Source of the DNA: Bacilli bacterium
GTDB lineage: Bacteria; Bacillota_I; Bacilli_A; RF39; UBA660
Length of the DNA stretch: 64,000 nucleotides
Direction: 5' to 3'
NCBI GenBank assembly: GCA_017438635.1
Contig: JAFRUZ010000002.1
Span: forward strand, 67,232-131,231
Part shown: piece after piece, positions 60,728 through 64,000 of the stretch
How positions within the stretch are numbered: the stretch's first letter is position 1
Layout: each line of letters begins with the position of its first letter
Translations under genes and position numbers: made by a program
The notes under the pieces: model-generated
Seen by the model: the letters and a program-made list of their open reading frames with translations, nothing else
What the model was told of the DNA's origin: nothing
Database searches by the model: none

Positions 60728-61861
60728 CTAAAGATCTATACCTCTTAATTTTCCACTTCTTGACGGATGTCTCAATTTTCTAAATGCTTTTTGTTCGATT
60801 TGTCTAACTCTTTCACGTGTAACCCCTAAAATCTTACCTACTTCTTCTAAAGTCATTGGATGATCCACATCAATACCACAACGTAGTCTTACAACAAGTT
60901 TTTCACGTTCTGTTAGATTACTTTCTTCAAGAACAGTTCTAACTTCTCTTCTTTGTATTGACTCTATTGCAGCATCTTGTGGATTAATAGTAGTATCACA
61001 TATAAAATCTCCTAAAAAATTAGTATCATCACTATCATTATTAATCGGTTGATCTAAACTTACAGGATTTTGTAAGAATAAAAGTGAATCCAACATTTCA
61101 CGTGATATTTTTGCCCTTTCTGCCAAAAACACTTTATTTTCTTCAGTAAGTGGCATTTCTTCAGCATTTTCTGTATAATACTGACGCCTAATGGCTTTTA
61201 TTTTATTAAATGCTTCATAAGCATGAACAGGGATACGAATAGCATTAGATTTATCCGCAATAGCACGAGTTATATTTTGTCTTATCCACCAAGTTGCATA
61301 AGTAGAAAACTTATAACCTTTAGAAAGATCAAATTTTTCTATAGCCTTTATCAAACCTAAATTACCTTCTTGTATCAAATCTGACATTTCTAATCCACGA
61401 TCTTTATATCTTCTTGCAATAGATACCACTAAACGCAGATTAGCAGCAATTATATCATTTCTATATTTTATTTTTTCTTCTTCAGACGTAGCATTCCCAT
61501 ATTTTATAAAAGCTTCTTTTTCTTCATCATAATTAAATAAAGGAATTTTACTTATGTCATCATAATACTGAGTAACAACAGAATCAAAATACTTACTTTT
61601 AGGAGAACTAAAAAAAGCATTATAATCAATTCTATTAGCAGTACTTTCAGATATATACGCTTCAATTAAATTCTTAACAAGATCACTACAGTTAAGATTG
61701 TTTAATTGTTCAATATCTTTAATATTACCTTTTTCAACTACTTTTTTTAATTCATTAGCAATTGCAGGATACTTAATAATTTTCATTGCATCATCTGCAC
61801 TAACATCCATTCCTTTAAGAGTTTCTTCTAAAATTCTTATATATTTATCACCCATATACAT
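60728..61861 (-). CDS. sigA: RNA polymerase sigma factor RpoD/SigA-like (housekeeping type)
   Basis: 377 aa. [92 protein letters not shown]. The start may be the third codon, ATG at 61855. Confidence 0.85.
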   Translation of the reverse strand: MYMGDKYIRILEETLKGMDVSADDAMKIIKYPAIANELKKVVEKGNIKDIEQLNNLNCSDLVKNLIEAYISESTANRIDYNAFFSSPKSKYFDSVVTQYYDDISKIPLFNYDEEKEAFIKYGNATSEEEKIKYRNDIIAANLRLVVSIARRYKDRGLEMSDLIQEGNLGLIKAIEKFDLSKGYKFSTYATWWIRQNITRAIADKSNAIRIPVHAYEAFNKIKAIRRQYYTENAEEMPLTEENKVFLAERAKISREMLDSLLFLQNPVSLDQPINNDSDDTNFLGDFICDTTINPQDAAIESIQRREVRTVLEESNLTEREKLVVRLRCGIDVDHPMTLEEVGKILGVTRERVRQIEQKAFRKLRHPSRSGKLRGIDL

Positions 61862-61920
61862 CCCCCTCTTGAATGTCTAAGATTATACAATAAAACATGA
61901 AAAAAGTCAAGAAAAGAGGG

Positions 61921-62577
61921 CTATTTTATCAAATTGTATATCTCCTCATGAATATCTTCAATAGCCCTCATTTTATCATCAATATCACATTTAATCATAT
62001 TCCAACCTAAATAGTCAGCCACAAACATAGCATTATCATAAACTTTTCTCATAAAATCAATATCTTTTTCATGTATATCGTTCTGAACACCATCATTATC
62101 AGTTCTATTCTTTCGCATATCAGTTACTAAGTCAAAAGAAGCATATAAGAATATAACATTATCTGGTTTTTGAATACCCATTTTCTCATATTCAAAATCA
62201 ACAACATAGTCTATAAACTTTTTTCTTTCATCAAGATCATCAATCATAGCAGTCTGATATATTAAACTAGAAGTTGTATATCTATCCAATAGAACAATAC
62301 CACCAGATTCATAAACTTTTTTAAGTTCTGTTATCCAAGTAACTGCTCTATCAACAGCATATAAACTATTAACAAAATATGGTGAAACATCACTTATATT
62401 CCCATATTTTCCTTTTAAATAATTTTCAACTAATAAACCTTGATCAGTATTATAAGTCGGAAAGTGATGACTAACTATACTATAATCATTACCTAACCTT
62501 TTCTTTAAAAGTTCAAACTGAGTAGTTTTACCTATACCATCACAAGCACCTTCAATAACAATTAATTTACCTTTCAT
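61921..62577 (-). CDS. thymidylate kinase-like / deoxynucleotide kinase family protein
   Basis: 218 aa. P-loop IVIEGACDGIGKTTQ, LLDRY (DRY/H-like) motif. Diverges from canonical Tmk. Confidence 0.55.
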   Translation of the reverse strand: MKGKLIVIEGACDGIGKTTQFELLKKRLGNDYSIVSHHFPTYNTDQGLLVENYLKGKYGNISDVSPYFVNSLYAVDRAVTWITELKKVYESGGIVLLDRYTTSSLIYQTAMIDDLDERKKFIDYVVDFEYEKMGIQKPDNVIFLYASFDLVTDMRKNRTDNDGVQNDIHEKDIDFMRKVYDNAMFVADYLGWNMIKCDIDDKMRAIEDIHEEIYNLIK

Positions 62578-62592
62578 AATAACCTCCTTAAA

Positions 62593-63291
62593 CTATTTAT
62601 AAAATACTGCTTTTTTAAACAAATAAATATCTAATTTATTATATAAAAAATTAAACACATTCTGAGAAATAAGTTTCTTCCCAATAAATATAAATAAATA
62701 ACTAGATAAATAAACAACAAGGCATACTATTAAACCTTTAAATTCTACAAAGCTAGTTCCATTAGTACCAGATACTAATTTATATATAACTATTAATAAT
62801 AAAAGTCCAATAATAGGAAAAGCATAATAGAAAAGAGATATAATAACATCACTAAGTACAAAACACATAAAAGAAATAGTAATGATTAACCACTTTAATA
62901 TAAAACAGATAATTGTCTCTAAAGAAACTAATATTGTAGAAATAATCTTATTAAATAATCCGATATTTTTACTAGATAAATAATCCCTAAAATATTCCCA
63001 TTTCGTTACCATTTGTCTTTCGTATTTACGCTCATCATATCTACTATTCTGAGGATTTGAATATTTCTTATATGTAACATTATCTTTTTCTTTTAAAAGC
63101 CTATCGTATTCCATTCTCTTTGTCTCATCTAATAAAACATCTTTAGCTTCATTAATTCTCATAGACATAGAAACAGCATCTTCATTTTTATTTATATCAG
63201 GATGCCATTTTTTCATTTGAATTTTATACGCTTTTTTTATCTCTTCTGCTGTAGCAGTAGTTTTTACTCCTAATAATTCATAATAATTCAT
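62593..63291 (-). CDS. J-domain (DnaJ-like) membrane protein
   Basis: 232 aa. NYYELLGV...AYKIQMKKWHPDINK with the HPD tripeptide. C-terminal half has 3-4 TM segments. Confidence 0.75.
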   Translation of the reverse strand: MNYYELLGVKTTATAEEIKKAYKIQMKKWHPDINKNEDAVSMSMRINEAKDVLLDETKRMEYDRLLKEKDNVTYKKYSNPQNSRYDERKYERQMVTKWEYFRDYLSSKNIGLFNKIISTILVSLETIICFILKWLIITISFMCFVLSDVIISLFYYAFPIIGLLLLIVIYKLVSGTNGTSFVEFKGLIVCLVVYLSSYLFIFIGKKLISQNVFNFLYNKLDIYLFKKAVFYK

Positions 63292-63343
63292 AAAACCACC
63301 AACACTAATATTTTATCATACAAAAACGAACTTTTATAGTTCG

Positions 63344-64000
63344 TTAATCAATTTTAGTAATAAATTCTATTATCGTAGAAATAAGTTTTTTACATGAATC
63401 TAAATGTAATCTTTCATTTGGAGTATGTACATCTTTTACATCTGGCCCTATTGAAATAATATCAACATCAGAAAGTTTATCTTTTAAAAGACCACATTCT
63501 AGTCCAGCATGTATTGAAGAAATAATAGGTTTTTCACCATTATGAACAGTTTGATAAGCAGATACATATAAATCAATTAGATTTGATTTAGGATTATAAT
63601 CCCAACCAGGATACTCTTCACCAGCTTTTATTATAAATCCTAAAGAATCCGCTAAAGTGATATTCATATCTCTATAATTAACTAGTTGTTCACTTACATT
63701 TGATCTCATAGATTCACAAAGTTTAACAATTTCACCATTCATTTCTATAATAGCGATATTACCAGAAGTTTCTACAATATCAGCTTTAGAGATAACACCT
63801 TGTTGCAAATCTAAAAGTAAAGAAATAATCTCTTTAGAAGCAAGTTCAGATAATCCTTGAAATTCTCCTTCTAATTTCTTAACACTGATACTTAAATCTT
63901 TATCTTCAGGACAAAAATCAATATTATTAATGACAGAATTTATATCTTCTTCCATATTTTCACTTTTTGTAGAAAATACTACTGTAGAATTACTAGGTAT
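63344..64000 (-). CDS. pepD: aminoacyl-histidine dipeptidase (PepD family), C-terminal part; the gene continues beyond the window
   Basis: SSIHAGLECGLL and GPDVKDVHTPNERLHLDS are PepD motifs. The frame stays open upstream of the track's Met out to position 64000 (…IPSNSTVVFSTKSENMEED…). Confidence 0.75.
   Translation of the reverse strand: MPSNSTVVFSTKSENMEEDINSVINNIDFCPEDKDLSISVKKLEGEFQGLSELASKEIISLLLDLQQGVISKADIVETSGNIAIIEMNGEIVKLCESMRSNVSEQLVNYRDMNITLADSLGFIIKAGEEYPGWDYNPKSNLIDLYVSAYQTVHNGEKPIISSIHAGLECGLLKDKLSDVDIISIGPDVKDVHTPNERLHLDSCKKLISTIIEFITKID

Overview
AT-rich genome segment from an endospore-forming Firmicute (gerE, spoIIIAH, gerA-type operon, efp, rpmG, rplS, pcrA and sigA are all present). 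There are three blocks. (1) Positions 1-9047 hold a tightly packed minus-strand array of ten genes. It starts with a SipW/TasA-type exported-fibre cluster: one active SipW-type signal peptidase fused to two CnaB domains, two SipW paralogs that look catalytically dead, and four exported beta-rich proteins. With gaps of only 12-15 nt it continues into a 322-aa unknown protein, a membrane-anchored coiled-coil McrB-family AAA+ protein, and a further gene cut by the window edge. This is my best candidate for an undescribed system. (2) Positions 9112-44048 are a ~34.9-kb temperate siphovirus-like prophage integrated into the 3' end of tRNA-Pro(UGG), flanked by 18-bp direct repeats. Its lysogeny switch, replication/recombination, packaging, head, tail and lysis modules all look complete. 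Notable cargo: a MuF/gp7 head protein with a C-terminal HExxH domain followed by a small acidic ORF, a GT4-like glycosyltransferase just upstream of the terminase genes, a noncoding island bracketed by two terminators inside the head module, an iteron-rich candidate origin, and a zinc-ribbon/glycine-zipper gene apparently co-transcribed with the repressor. (3) Positions 44033-64000 are core chromosome: tRNA-Pro, tRNA-Arg, sporulation and germination genes, a class B PBP, lepB, two tandem sigma-70 paralogs, pdp, tmk-like and a partial pepD. All functional calls come from motifs read by eye in the supplied translations or my own translations. No database search was run.
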